From the NCBI RefSeq assembly GCF_009914755.1, contig NC_060926.1: a stretch of DNA of 64,000 bases, one strand, 5' to 3'. The position numbers and the translations under genes are program-made. Of this stretch, positions 43,701 to 56,928 are shown piece by piece (the stretch's first letter is position 1; each line of letters begins with the position of its first letter). Source of the stretch: the human T2T-CHM13v2.0 reference genome, Homo sapiens. The notes under the pieces are model-generated. The model saw nothing but the letters and a program-made list of their open reading frames with translations, made no database searches and was not told the origin of the DNA.

Positions 43701-44720
43701 TACATTGTGGTAATAGAAATGAGAGATCTGGCAGATTTTCTCTCCTAATTTCTTTTTTGACATAGAAGTGGTTAGGAAAGGCTTCCTGGTAGAAGTGATG
43801 TCTAAAAAATGGCCAGTAAGGAGAGGAGAGAACAGAATCTTAGAAAGAGAGACGGCAGATGCAGAGACCCAATGGAGGAGGGAGGGAACTGATGTCTTTG
43901 AAGTATGGCAATTTGTTCAAAATGGCTGGAGTTTGGACTGTGGGGGGAAGAACAAAGGAAGGAGAAGAGAGGTGAAGTAAGATGAGTGAGAGAGGCCAGG
44001 TCAAGAAGGCCTTTGTAAATCATCCCGAGGAGTTTGGACCTTCTGAAAGCCAAAGGGAGCCCTACAGGAGTAATTTGACCAGACAATCAAAAATCCTGGA
44101 AACAGATGCCCAGAGGGAGAAAGTGTATAAATAAAGACAGTATTGAGCTGAGAGTTAAGCCTTGGAGAAAGCCCACATTTGGGGGAAGGAGAAAGAAAGG
44201 GCACTGGTACCAGAGACCAAGAAGGAATAAATATATTGTGAGAAGAACCAGGTAGCACCATGCTTGGACGCGGAGGGAGGATAGGATTTCAAGTAGGAAG
44301 GGTTAAGCAAAGGTAGCGAGTGCTGAGAAGAGATCAAACAAAATAAGGACTGAAAGAAGTTTATTGGTTCTGGCAATTAGGAGGCAATTGGTGACCTTGG
44401 AGCTTTAGGGAAGCCTTGGAGCTAGAAACCATATGGCAGGGGGTACAGAGAGCAAGGAGAAAGTCGACTTCCTGGATGACACCTCTGGGTTCTCCAACTT
44501 GGCAATAAAAGAAAGAAAAGGATAGAAGTGAGAGTACTTGCAGGGTTTTTAGGAGAGACTCAAGGGATGATTTCAGTGAATAGATTTTCAAGATTTCGGG
44601 GACTAGAGAGAACTGGACGACTGATAGGCTTGGGGGGGAGAGGGGTCCCTCATACATAAGGCTAAGAAGACAGGTTAGATGCAGAGACCATTTTGAGGTT
44701 GAGGAAGGAGAAAATTAGGG
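43700..44720. mobile_element. L2 fragment (purine-rich strand on +)
   Basis: ggaaaggcttcctggtagaagtgatgtct…ggagtttggaccttctgaaagcc…gaggcaattggtgaccttgg. Confidence 0.65.
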
Positions 44721-45017
44721 AATTTTTTTCAAAGGTCTGATAAAGAGAAATACAGAAATGGGAGGCTTCTGTTTTGGAAGGTTTTGAGTTAGCTGATGTG
44801 GGAGAAGCTTTAGGGACTTAGAAATAAATAAAACAATTGCTGAGCACTCGAGAGACTTGTGTGCCTCTTCCACGACAAATTAATGAATTTAATTTTTCTA
44901 CAAGTCTTCCATAATAGAATGAAAAATTGTGCCTACTTAACTCCTTATGAAACTTCAATTTAATTCTAATTCAGAACTTTAAGAAGCCACTAAACTTTAT
45001 AATAACTGTTGTTCATA

Positions 45018-45333
<316 letters not shown>

Positions 45334-47297
45334 TCATTGCCCAATCTCTTTAATTATTATACTAAATTTTCCCCCCAAATTTAACCTTACCTTTTAAAAG
45401 AATTGCCGAAATAAGTGGTCATGTTGCCAACACATCCTCTCCTTCTACTTCCAATATTAGTAGCATTTCAGAATTCTTTACTTCTTGAAATGTTTCCTCT
45501 GGATTTCCCAAAACATTGGGACACTATAGCCTCTATCACCTACACATGCTGGAACTATACCTCACACGTGTTTGTGCTGTTCTCACTGCCTCTGAGGCTA
45601 ACTAACGCCATTGGAGGACTCGTCCTATTCATGGATTTCATCCATGATTCATTTTCCTCATTATATTTTTACCTATTTTCAGCTTTTTGCCTTGTTAATT
45701 ATGTACATTTGCCATAATTTCACAATGGCATTATTAAAACATCAGATTGTCCAAAGGGGAAGCTAAATGGATGTCATACCATTTAGAACAGAGTTTCTCC
45801 TTCAATCACTGCTTTTATTTATGAAGTTTAGACCTTAGAATCGCCTCTGTGCAATGTGAGAGTCCTCCCCTAAAACTCTGCAAAGCTTCTTCTGAGTCAC
45901 GTCATGGCATGCAGGAGTCTCCAAGCGGGAAAGGTTGCTTTTGATGGTTCAGCCAGTTCCATTTCAGTGAAGGGACATCACTTCCCTAAAATGAACCCCC
46001 TCTTGGTAAACGTTCTCCATTTTCTAGCAGAGTCAAACCAAACCAGAGAGAGGCACGTTCTGGGAAGTAAGTTCTCCAGTGTTTCTAACCATAAAGCTGG
46101 GTTTCTGAAATCCAAGATTACTCCCAGCAGGGAGCCTAAATACAGCCTGAAGCTACAAAAAATAAGTATCCCTATTTTACCTGTGATGTCTATAAATTGT
46201 GACCACTTATTTTCATTCCAGAGTCATACTTTGTGCTGAACCATGAAAAGCAAAGCTACATTTAAAATTTTAAACCATAAGCTATTAGAGAAGGGTAAAA
46301 GAGTCTCTTTGTGTTAGGATTTCTTCTGTCTAAAGGTAGGAATAGCAGTTGCCATTCTCTGACATAAATAGCTCTCATATAATACCTTTCAGGGAAAAAA
46401 ATTGCTTTAGGACAAAATAACAGTCACTACTCCTTTTTCCCGTGCATGAACTTTGGAACAGAAAAATAACATTAACAGGTTATTAAACTGTTTGTCACCA
46501 AAGAAAAGTAGATGGTATTTTTGTGCCTTGGATAATGTTAAGTGAAGAAAAAAATCATCAAAGGGATCATCTGTACTTGCCCTGCTTTCAAAATTACTTT
46601 TTCTCTTTTCAATGGAATTCACGACTGTTCTTGGTTTTCAGACTTGTGACTTTGTTCATTAGAGCAAATGGTTTAATTTTTATTCCAAACTCTAGATTAA
46701 GTTTCAGAGTTCAGCCTGGGAGAAAGGAACTATTGAAAACCTTTTCTGTTTCCTTCTCTTTTTTCTTAAGGGAGGGCTTTGGTTCTCAGAGAATATCAAA
46801 TTCCGATGTCAGTTTTGTAAATAAGTATCTGTTGTCTCCCCAGATCAAGCTGTGTTTGTCTTATTTGTACATTTATAGTAAAGTAATCTACAAGTGGTTC
46901 CTTGATAAAGTTAACACTTAGTTAATTACCCAGAGCCTTGACATGTCCTATAATTGCCACTTGGCTAACAAACATTTGATACTTGTCTTGGGTAGAATTT
47001 GTTGAGGCCTAAAGAAGTAAGCTCTTGATGGATGGGGAACAAACCAAATAAATACAGTATTTTATGTTCTTTTAATTCAGGGCCAAGTGGATTTGGATGA
47101 AGTGTTTATTTAGTTTGCTGGCTGTTTCAAGATGCTGTGGCGTATTGATTCCTTTTATTACTAGCAGCCGTTTAACCTGACCTCTTCCAGATCCAGTATT
47201 TTAAAAGCCATAAATTTTAACTTTACTTATGAGCAAAGGCTGAAACACTGTGAAAGCCTTTTTATTAGTCGAGCTCTGCCATTTTCGATGCTCTGGT

Positions 47298-47312
47298 GTC
47301 ACCCATGGCAAC
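47298..47312 (+). promoter_or_regulatory. RFX X-box motif
   Basis: GTCACC-CAT-GGCAAC fits GTNRCC(N0-3)RGYAAC, in apparently unique sequence. Confidence 0.3.
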
Positions 47313-47605
47313 AATATTTAGGGCTTCTTACATTAGAGTGGCTGCTGGGCTGCTGGGGAGGGGCATAGGCAGCCATAAAATGAAGCCGTAAACATTTCAA
47401 GGGTATAAGATTCCATGACTGTGATAGCAGACAGGTGCAAGAAAGAAGGGGCAGGTCTAAAGACAAAAGGGTTGGGGATGATCATGTTAAATAAACATCT
47501 ACTTTAGCATCTCAGGTACTGAAAAGAATTTGAAAATTAGAAACAGAATACCAGGTAATCATAGAGCAAGGTGGAGCCAGGGACCAACTCGAGTGACCCA
47601 TCTTG

Positions 47606-47731
47606 TAGGTCCCACACTGCCTAAGTCATTTTCTGGTCTTCATATTGCACACAAAAGTTCTCTGAAAACGAAGTTGAAAGAAAGAGACCTTGTTCCAGTG
47701 AACAGTTAGCAAACTAGGGAGATGCAGTATT
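47606..47731 (+). repeat. 126-bp direct copy of 48931-49056 (40 bp flank plus LTR end)
   Basis: 118/126 identical by hand alignment, no gaps. Confidence 0.95.
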
Positions 47732-48692
47732 TCTGTCCCAAAGTCCCAGGCACACCCTTAATCTCTGCAATTGTAACAAACCAGGAAATCCACTTTTTTT
47801 CCTAAGTTGGGAAAATACATGCCTCACATCATAGACTGATTTGTACAAAATATAGTAAAAACTTTCCAGAATGTCAGTACTTTACTTTTCTAAGACACTA
47901 TATAACCTGCACTCGGAAGGCAGGCAACTGTTTTGTATCAATCAGCAAATCAAAGCCATTTCATCTTCAAATAGCCCAGTGATGAAACTCCTGGGCAGGT
48001 TGTCTACATTAAAAGTACCTGTTTTTCCATAAAAAAGAGGAAGAAAAAGAAATTTTATACATGAGTTTACCCCTGAAATGGATGAGTAGATGAGAATGCC
48101 TTGTAGTTGAAGAGGAAGACAAAAAGAAACTAATTCTACTTGTGTGTCTTCCTGGTTTTAACTTACACACATCAGTAGCTTTTGTTCACTTTGTTGAAAA
48201 TTTCCCATTCGTTTTCTAATTATCAAAAATGTTTTTTTAAACAAATAATTTTTTTCAACACTAGCCCTCTTTTTATTTGATCATGTGGAAAAACTCTTAA
48301 TACAGCATTAGGGAGGTTATATAAGCAAAGAATGATCATTTCACCATAGGAGAAAAATCCAAGATATAAAAGGATATTGAAAGAATTTAAACAAAAACAT
48401 CAACAGAAGAGAGATACTGAATGAAGAGATGTTCCCCCCTTTCTTCACTTTATATTTCTTTGCAAAGAAATTTAATCCAAAATAATATGTGATTGGACTT
48501 GGATTATTATTTCATCTTCCTGGTCTCTTTCTTTTCATTCTTGATAACAGTGTACTTGAGCATCCTTATACTACCTATTGCCAGAAACTGCCCTAGCCTT
48601 TTAAGAAGCCAGGTACTCATTAATTCAAGTGATGTTTACAAGTTGGCTCTTAATATTTGTCTCCTCTTCAGGTATTCCAGTGGCTTAAATTA

Positions 48693-48770
48693 ATATATAT
48701 ATATATATTTGTATGTGTGTATATATATATTTATGTGTATATATATATATGTACACACACACATATATAT
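48693..48770. repeat. Compound (TA)/(TG)/(CA) microsatellite
   Basis: Read directly. Confidence 0.85.
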
Positions 48771-48970
48771 TTAAATTTCTTGCTGTTAAATTGTTTCCCC
48801 AATCATGTTTCTTAGATTGCTGAAATAGAAGAAACTTTCTTAAGAATTTGAGAAAGTATAAATCAGGGCTGTAACATCAGGATTTTATCTTCTTTCAGTT
48901 TTATAAAAATGGCCCAATCTCAATTAGATATAGGTCCCACACTGCCTAAGTCATTGTCTGGTCTTCATAT

Positions 48971-49423
48971 TGCACAGAAAAGTTCTCTGAAAAGGAAGTT
49001 GGAGGAAAGAGACCTTGTTCCAGTGAAAAATTAGCAAACTGGGGAGATGCAGTATTCCAGAGAACAAAAAGAAGGTTTGGGTGTTATAGTAAAAGTTCCC
49101 ACCCAGGTTCCCAATCAGGTCTGTTTATGCAAATGAGAGATTCAAACTTGCTTAGTTCTGACTGATCAATACAGCTGAGCCCTGGTTGGTTGATACAGCA
49201 AAATCCTGATTGGCTGAGGCAGGTGAGCTATGATTGATTAGTTCAGGCAAATTCTGAAAGTTCCAGAGTTAAAAAGGTGTGGGGTTTTGGGGAACCCAGA
49301 GTAAGAAAGTGTATAAACTCTATTCAGCAAATGGCTGCTCCGCTCTATCTTAAATATAGGCCCAATTAGCCACTCAGAATTCATCTTGAAGGATTGGTTC
49401 TTTCAGATTCACATTTGTTCACA
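48971..49423 (-). mobile_element. ERV1 solo LTR (MER31-like)
   Basis: TG…CA termini with 4-bp TSD ATAT (48967-48970 / 49424-49427). Minus strand starts tgtgaacaaatgtgaatctgaaagaaccaatccttcaagatg, with repeated CCAAT boxes. Confidence 0.8.
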
Positions 49424-49511
49424 ATATAAAAACTAAACCCTTCAGAGTGTGAGAATCCTTACACTATTCCTATGGCTAGAGACTTCTGTCCTAGCAATTC
49501 AAGAAGCCAAA

Positions 49512-49732
49512 CTTTTTTTGTTTGTTTGTTTTTGAGACAGTCTCACTGTGTCTCCCAGGCTGGAGTGCAGTGGTGCAAACATGGCTCAACTGCAGCCTCA
49601 ATCTCCTGGGCTCAAGGGTTCCTCCTGCCTCAGCCTCCTGAGTAGCTGGGACCACAGGCGTGCATAACCATGCCTGGCTAATTTGTTTTTATTATTTTGT
49701 ATAGACAGAGTCTCACTTTATTGCCCAGGCTC
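49512..49732 (-). mobile_element. 5'-truncated AluJ
   Basis: Antisense right arm plus part of the left arm. Confidence 0.88.
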
Positions 49733-52245
49733 AAACATTCTTATGAATTCAAGTCCCTAAATGCAATTCAATTCACTAAACAGCAGCATAATGTTTAGTC
49801 TTTTCTTTTTCTGTGACCTTATTTGAATCAAAATGGACCTGAACACTTTCATTACCCAAACTATGGTCTGATCAGTATTCTATATCACACTCCTCCTATT
49901 GAATAACAGTATGTAGAATTTGAAAATTGTTAAAAATACTTATAGCAAAATATACAAAAACAAAATTTAACCTCTTAATCATTTTTAAGTGTACAGTTCA
50001 GTAGTGTTGAATACATTCACATTGTTGTGCAGCCAGCTTTTACTGTACCAGACATGCTAATAAACTCCCCTCTTCCCTGAAGTAAGCCAGCGGCCTTTCC
50101 ACCCAGAGCAGCTGGTGAATTTGATGATCTTGGGCAGAATGCTCCCCTCTACCCCCACAGGAGGGAAAGCAGCTCTTACCTTGGGGAAGTTACTCAGATT
50201 TCTAGAAAAACTTTCTGTAAGGTTGGCTGTCATGGTGTGAATTAAAAGGTTATGTCAGAGGTTAAACTATGCAATTAAATCAAGAAAGCAGATTATTCTA
50301 GTAGCTGACATTAACGTTTGAAAAGAGACAGGATTAGCTGTACTTAGTCACATATAAACTGCACAAAGCGAACAAAGGGGAAAAAAATTATTTCACCAAG
50401 CTTCCCTTGAAAGAAAATCGTTCCATCTTGCACCTCTAATTTTTCAGCTTAATTCTGTTACTTCATGAGGTTCATTATCCTTTTCCAGATTTGCACACGG
50501 TGACTGATGCTCTGTGACGGGTTGTTTTTGTTTTTCTGCTTTAAAAAATATTCCCTCCCTCCCTAAATAATTATCTGCAAATTAACCTTTTCTCTTACTG
50601 GAATATTTGTTAGAATAGAATATAGAAAATAGAAATGTGTAAGCAAGACTGTTTAGACAGGAGATAAATTCTTTGAGGCCACAAGGGTATCATTTATTAA
50701 ATGACTGCTGCAGTCCTCTAAATGGGCCCCTTTTGACCTGAAAGAGTTAATGCTCTATTGAAAGTGGCTGGGTTGTCCCCAGCCTTACTCCCTTGGAAGG
50801 CTCTGACCCATTAATGGCGGTAATAATAATAATAGAAAACAATCCTGCTTTGCTTCCATTACTCTGAAACTGTTAATGGTATCCTAATGTTTTTTATTCT
50901 TTTAGTGTAACTGAAAACTGACATTCTGCTCAGCTAAAATTTCAAATGTAGTATTTTTTTTTCATTACCATTTTTACATGCCATGCAGGATGCTGAGTGA
51001 GGAATAAGGCAGAGGCTTGTAATTGGTCTTTTAAATCATCATAAACATTTATTTTTCCCCCCATGGCTATATCTAGTGCCAATAACTCAGTCATCAAATG
51101 ATGGGAAAAACTGTTTAATGATGCATCACAAGCTCCTTCCTAAATTTTTACCCAGAACAAGGCAGGGAATATAAAAATAAGTCACATTGCTCAAAAGTTG
51201 ATTTTAAAATAAGCACAAAACAGTTTTTTTTTTTTTTTGTGGGAGTATTAGCAGTGAACCAAGTGTTCCTTTCTTTTTTTGATATAAACCCTTTTTAGAA
51301 AAGCCTTGTGTTTTTATATTTTTATTGTAAGTAATAATGAAAAGTAAAATAGGACTCTGCAATGTGTGGGGCAGAACTGTGGCTTCTGTTTTGGGAGGCT
51401 GACGTTTGTAAAAGGCAGGTAATGATATTACCCCTCTGTGGGACTGTCAAGACAAGGCAAAGCATTTGGCACAGAGACTGTACCATGGGAAGTTCTAAAT
51501 AAAGATTAGCTATCATTATTATTATTATTGTTGTTGTTGTTGTTCTGCCAGAGCAAAACATTCATCCCAGTTTAGGGTACTGAGGCAATACCCACTCAGA
51601 GCAATTGAATCCTAGCTAGGGCATGGTATAGATATAAGTCCCTGCCTTGCCTATTGTCCATGTGCATTAGAGTGACTATGTTTGGATCCAGGGTCACTGA
51701 CTTCAGAGGCCCCTTATTGCCAGTGGGTGTCATAAACCTGTTTATCTGGCCACTAAGGTCCTTGTTGGTCTTTTCCCATTCTCTCTGTTCAACCTCATTC
51801 CTATACTCCCAGGCCCCATGAGCACTCTGCAGTGGACACATGGCTGGGCTTGCTGCCCCTTGGCAGGCCGATGTTCTCCGCTGTCGCCCACTCTGTCTCC
51901 AGGACCATCTCTGTTTGGTGCTGCTCATATTCCAAGGATCTATTTCAGCCTAGAGTCATCATTTTCTCCTCTGACTTCTGCCACTCCCTCTGTATCTTGC
52001 CACATCCCACCTTGTTTGGGATGCTTTTGAGTTTTGCATTTTGACCTTCATGTAGATTGCTTGTTCCTTGAGAGCAGGTGTTCACAAAGAGATACCCATA
52101 TTGTCTTTTGATGAGCTGAGTCCACATCCTGCAGATGTGGAGGAAAAGATCCTCCTTTTTAATTAGTAGCAACATATTACGTGTATATAGAGTACACTGC
52201 AGCTTTGTGAATTTTTTGTACATACATAATTTCATCTTATAATAA

Positions 52246-52417
52246 CAAATGATGGGAAAAACTATTTAATGATGCATCACAAGCTCCTTCCTAAATTTTT
52301 ACCCAGAACAAGGCAGGGAATATAAAAATATATCACATTGCTCAAAAGTTGATTTTAAAATAAGAACAAAACAGTTTTTTTTTCTTTTTTGGGGGAGTAT
52401 TAGCAGTGAACCAAGTG
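52246..52417 (+). repeat. ~172-bp direct copy of 51095-51265
   Basis: caaatgatgggaaaaact…gtattagcagtgaaccaagtg occurs twice with only a few substitutions. Confidence 0.95.
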
Positions 52418-52439
52418 AAACTTATGAGACTGGCATCCC

Positions 52440-52700
52440 TGTTAACTTAGACAAGTTACTTTATCTTTGCCTCAATTTTCTCAACTATAAAATGAGGATA
52501 ATATTAGTGTATACCTCATATAATTACATGAGTTAATAGATATATATAAGAATGTGCCTGGTACAGAGATAGCTGCTGCTATTTTTATCATCATCATTAT
52601 CATCATCAATATGATTTTTCCATTATCCCACTTTTACTGATGTAGAAACTGAAGCCCAGATGAGATTAAATAACTTCCTTAGATTCTAAACCTTTCAATT
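52440..52700. mobile_element. MIR fragments (opposite orientations)
   Basis: cttagacaagttactt…cctcaattttctcaactataaaatgaggata; attatcccacttttactgatgtagaaactgaagcccaga. Confidence 0.7.
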
Positions 52701-53469
52701 CCAAGTCCCCACTGAACATGCCTCCTATATCAAATCTTGTTGTTAAGCACCCTAGACTGCTTTTAGTCCATCATTTCCTTAGAGTCAATTTACAGAAAAG
52801 TTTCTAATTCACAGTTTGTCTGGAAATTTCTGTGAAAGGGAAACTTAAAACAAACACAGTGATAAAACACAAACCCTTCTCCAGAAATAGATACCCTCTT
52901 CCTGGGAGACAGGTCTCTCTCCTCCTAAATGAGAGGCCTCTGTTGAGTAGTCATGAGAATACCTATGGGAATACCTAGCTCTTAAAAGTGATATCAGATT
53001 TCCTCCAATCTCTCTAAAATCCAGACAACATATTTAATTAATGTCATTGTAGATAGGTTGTTTGAACCCCTGGTCAACCATAGCAAGAATTGATTTTACC
53101 TCTCTTTTGAAAGCCATTCTATTTTTCTAAATTGTCTAACCATTGGTAGTATGTTTCTACTTATTACTAATGATCTGAAGAATGGTCCTCTCTTCACAAA
53201 GGAGTCAGGGGTCAAGGTGAGCAAACCAATGTAATAAAACTCTTCTTGATGTAGAAGATTTGTCACTTGTAAAATCCATGCAGCAACAGACTGGAACATG
53301 CCTGTCTATAAGCTGGTGTCAGACACACTTCTCACTGGTGTGGTTAGCTCTGTACTCACCATTCCTTCACCAGCAGTCTGCCCTGTTACTCAAGTGTCCG
53401 ACCTGAGCAGAAACAACTGGTGGTAACATGGATTGTTATGTGGATGAGAGATTGGAGAATAGAATATGA

Positions 53470-53945
53470 AGTCAAGACTGTGAGTTACAATGGAAAGAAA
53501 ACAATTTCAAACTAGTTTTGCAAAGATAATTTCTTGACTCCTGGCAACTAAAATGTTCAGAGGAACATCCACAAAGAAATGTAGCTGCACCCAGGGTCTC
53601 CATGTCAGCAGTACTCTCTCGTGCAGTTCTGGTTCCTCTCTTCAGACTTGATTCTTACAGAAAAGCAAGATGGCTGCCAGAAGCTCCAGGCTTAGATTCT
53701 CCCAGTAACCCCAGTAACAAAGACTGCTCACTCTACCAGGCTTAGTTCTAGTTAGCCCTGTGTGTGTCAGTAGCTGTCCCAGAGCTCACCAGGGGGAAGA
53801 AATGCACTGATTAGTCATGTCTGGGTCGTAGGCACACTGAATGAGAGTTGAGGAGGCATAGTACACCAAGGAAAGCCAGGATGCTCATTTTAGATAGAAT
53901 AATGGGTGCCGGCTAGGAAAAAGAATGGATGTCAGCACTCGGGGG
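53470..53945 (-). mobile_element. Old MLT1 LTR
   Basis: gcaagatggctgccagaagctccaggctt…tgcactgattagtcatgtctgggtc. Confidence 0.5.
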
Positions 53946-55807
53946 AGAAAAGAGAGACAGTTTAGGATAAGTGGAGAGTTGTGACACTCTTGCTGTTTCT
54001 CTGTGCGCTTCTCTGAGGTAGAGTAAAGCAAGTGTTTCCATGTACCCTGACATCTCAGTACAACCCAGCAAGAATTTCAGTACAAGAAAGACTGATCATA
54101 GAGTTCCCTGAGGGAAGGTTATTAATGGAAGTATCACCTTCTTGTAACCTTGTTTCCCGCTGGCAAAGATTCCTCAGGCTGAGTTACTGGGAAACTCCAG
54201 TATGCTGTCAGATTTCACAACAACATTAAGTGGTACTTCCTTTCCATATTTGCCACCTCATTTATTTTGTGTGTCCCCATGTTATTAGTTTTACTGCCCA
54301 TTAATCATTATATATTACCAAATATAGTAAAGCGTGCTTACGAGGAGATAGCAAAGGGTCCGGCCATGACAGTCACAATGAAGCCATGCCAGGAGGAAGC
54401 CTAGGGGTAGCAGGCAGTGCCCCCTGTCCCGTCCACCCAGACACATAACCCTGAGCACCTCCTGGCTCCCAAGTGCATTAAGATATGTTCCTGCACCCTA
54501 TCCCTCCTCGTCAGAGAAAAACCTGGGGAAAATAGTTCTGTTCATTTTGAGGACAGATGACTAACCATGCTAAAAATGTATATGAAGAAATTAGAAGAAA
54601 TTTGAAATTGTAAAAAGAAAGGAAGAGCAAGAGATTTTATTAGCAATGAGTTCCATTGCTGCAAAATATACCACTCTCTTTCCCTTTAATTTATTCTATG
54701 TGTGTCTTCCATATTATTTTTTCTCTGAATACCAATATCATCAAGCGTTTACTCTGGTAAAAAAACTTCATGGCTTTCTATTGTCCCCTAATTTGGGCCT
54801 TGCCTTCTTAGCCAGATTTCAAAGCCCTTCATGCCTTTACTTTATCCTTTCTACTCATGTTTATTTCCCACCAATCTCTACCACATTGTTTTTTGTTACT
54901 AGTCACTCCATCCTCCCGGTGTCCCCACCCCCCAGGAGACGTGTTTGGACTTTTCCTCATGCCTTTTCCTCTAAGTGGTGTGCCTGTCCACCTCCTACTT
55001 CTCTTACCTATATATCATCCATCTTCAAGGATATGACCCACATCATGCATAAAGTCTTACTCAGTGACTTAAAGTCACACTGTGCTTTCTTTTCTCTGAC
55101 TTCTGCAAGCCTAAAATACTCCAGCCCTTAACTGTGCTCTATGTCAGCATTCTTGGTACGTGGTTTGCAGAGATACCTGCTGGCCAGTGATCCCAAAAGT
55201 CCATGACCTTGTCTGATTTGTAATTTTGTTGATGGTGTCATGGGTTAGTCTGATGGAGAAGAGTGAAAGAAACTAACTAGTTCTTTACTTGCTGTCCCTG
55301 GCATGGTTATTCTCAGGAAATTGTTTTAGCATGTTACTTCTTCATGAAAAATATCTTTGCAAGAAATAAACAAGTTTATTTGGGCTACTAATAGAAGTAA
55401 AGGAGATAGAAGATGATTTGAAAAGTGATAAGAAATCTTAGACCAAAAAAAGTAGAAGTTTTCAATAAAGAGTGAAAATTCAGAGCTAGTAATGACCCTG
55501 TCCTACAATGTATGAATAGGGAAGCAGAAATCCTCTTGCCATTCTGTGGGTTATAGAGAATCCTCCTAATGGGTGTAAATTTTGTTCACCAAAAAAAAAA
55601 TATGATGCTAAGCGGTGACATGTACTGAATATTTGCTGTTGCCAGGTATCATGTTCAAAGTTCTGTATCAGATAATCTTCCAACTACCCCATAAATGAGG
55701 TTCTATCATTATCTCTGTTTTACAGATAAGGAAACTGAGGCACTGAGAGGTAAGAGCCTCACCTAGAGTAACACAAATAGTATATGGGTGGAGCTGGGGC
55801 ATAAAAC

Positions 55808-56248
55808 TGCTATGGTTGAGTGTGTCCCCAACAAGTTCATGTGCTGGAAACACAGCTCCCAGTGCAGCAGCGTGGAGATAGGTGGGACCTTTGGGAGATG
55901 ACTGAGTCATGAGGCCTCTGCCACCATTAACCCATTCATAAATTAGTGGATTAAACCATTCATGGATTGATGGATTAATGGGTTATTGAGGGAGTGAGTT
56001 AGTAATCATGAGAATGGTGTATTATAAAAGCTAGTTTGGCCATCTGTCATGAGCCCCCTCAACGTGTGATGCCCTGTGCTGCCTTGGGACTCTGCAGAGA
56101 GTCCCCACCAGCAAGAAGGCCCTTACCAGATGTGGCCCCTAAACCTTGGCCTCCCCAGTCTCTAGAACTAAAAGAAATCAATTTCTTTTCTTTATACATT
56201 ACCCATTCTCAGGTATTCAGTTATAGCAACAAAAAACGGACTAAGAGA
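55808..56248 (+). mobile_element. MST-family MaLR solo LTR inserted in a MIR
   Basis: tgctatggttgagtgtgtcccc…cagcaagaaggcccttaccagatg…ctcaggtattcagttatagcaac…ggactaaga. Confidence 0.85.
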
Positions 56249-56928
56249 ACCCAAGATGTCTAATGTCAGATTGTGCTTGTAATAGCAATTGCTTTAAAGA
56301 GTAAATTATGAGTGAATGCCAGAGATGCAATTAATTAGCTGAGTAAACAGGTAACATGGCTACCATTGGAAATATGAATCCAGATAAATCCAGGTGTATG
56401 TACGAACAATTTATTTTCTAAAATTTGGGGACTTGTATTCCCCTGAGATGGGTCCTTCTTGAGCTTTAAGGATCTCCTATACATTCTCTGGTGTTATTAG
56501 TTCATGTGTGTTTATCTTTGCTCTACACATAGACTAGAATGTCTTTGACTAAGCTAGGTGTTTAATCTTTTATTTCTGAGGCAGCAAAGAAAATGGGAGG
56601 AATTTCAGCTCAAGGTTTGTCAGACCAGGAAAGCCTCATATAGCATCTGAGTAGCCTTGCCAAGTCAATAGGATGACATTTCCTTGTATGCACTCTCAGG
56701 GAACTTAAAATAAGAATTGAAAGAAGGTTGAGTGTTTGTTCTGAAATTTACATGAGATGTAGGACTGAGGCACTGCCTCTCAGGAATGTGAAGGGAAATC
56801 ACAAAATACCTTTGGAAATCCCCTCAATTCACCATAGAGAATACAAAATTATTGTTTCAAAGAGATAGCCATTTCATCAGTCAAACACCGATGAAATAGT
56901 TGGCTTGTGTTTGAAGATAGTGACACAT

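Noticed and set aside
54414-54431. CTCF-like GGGACAGGGGGCAC on the minus strand
   Set aside because: Only the 3' half matches; not supportable from sequence alone.
54646-55131. 161-aa ORF
   Set aside because: Pyrimidine-rich, L2-like sequence with biased composition and no recognisable domain.
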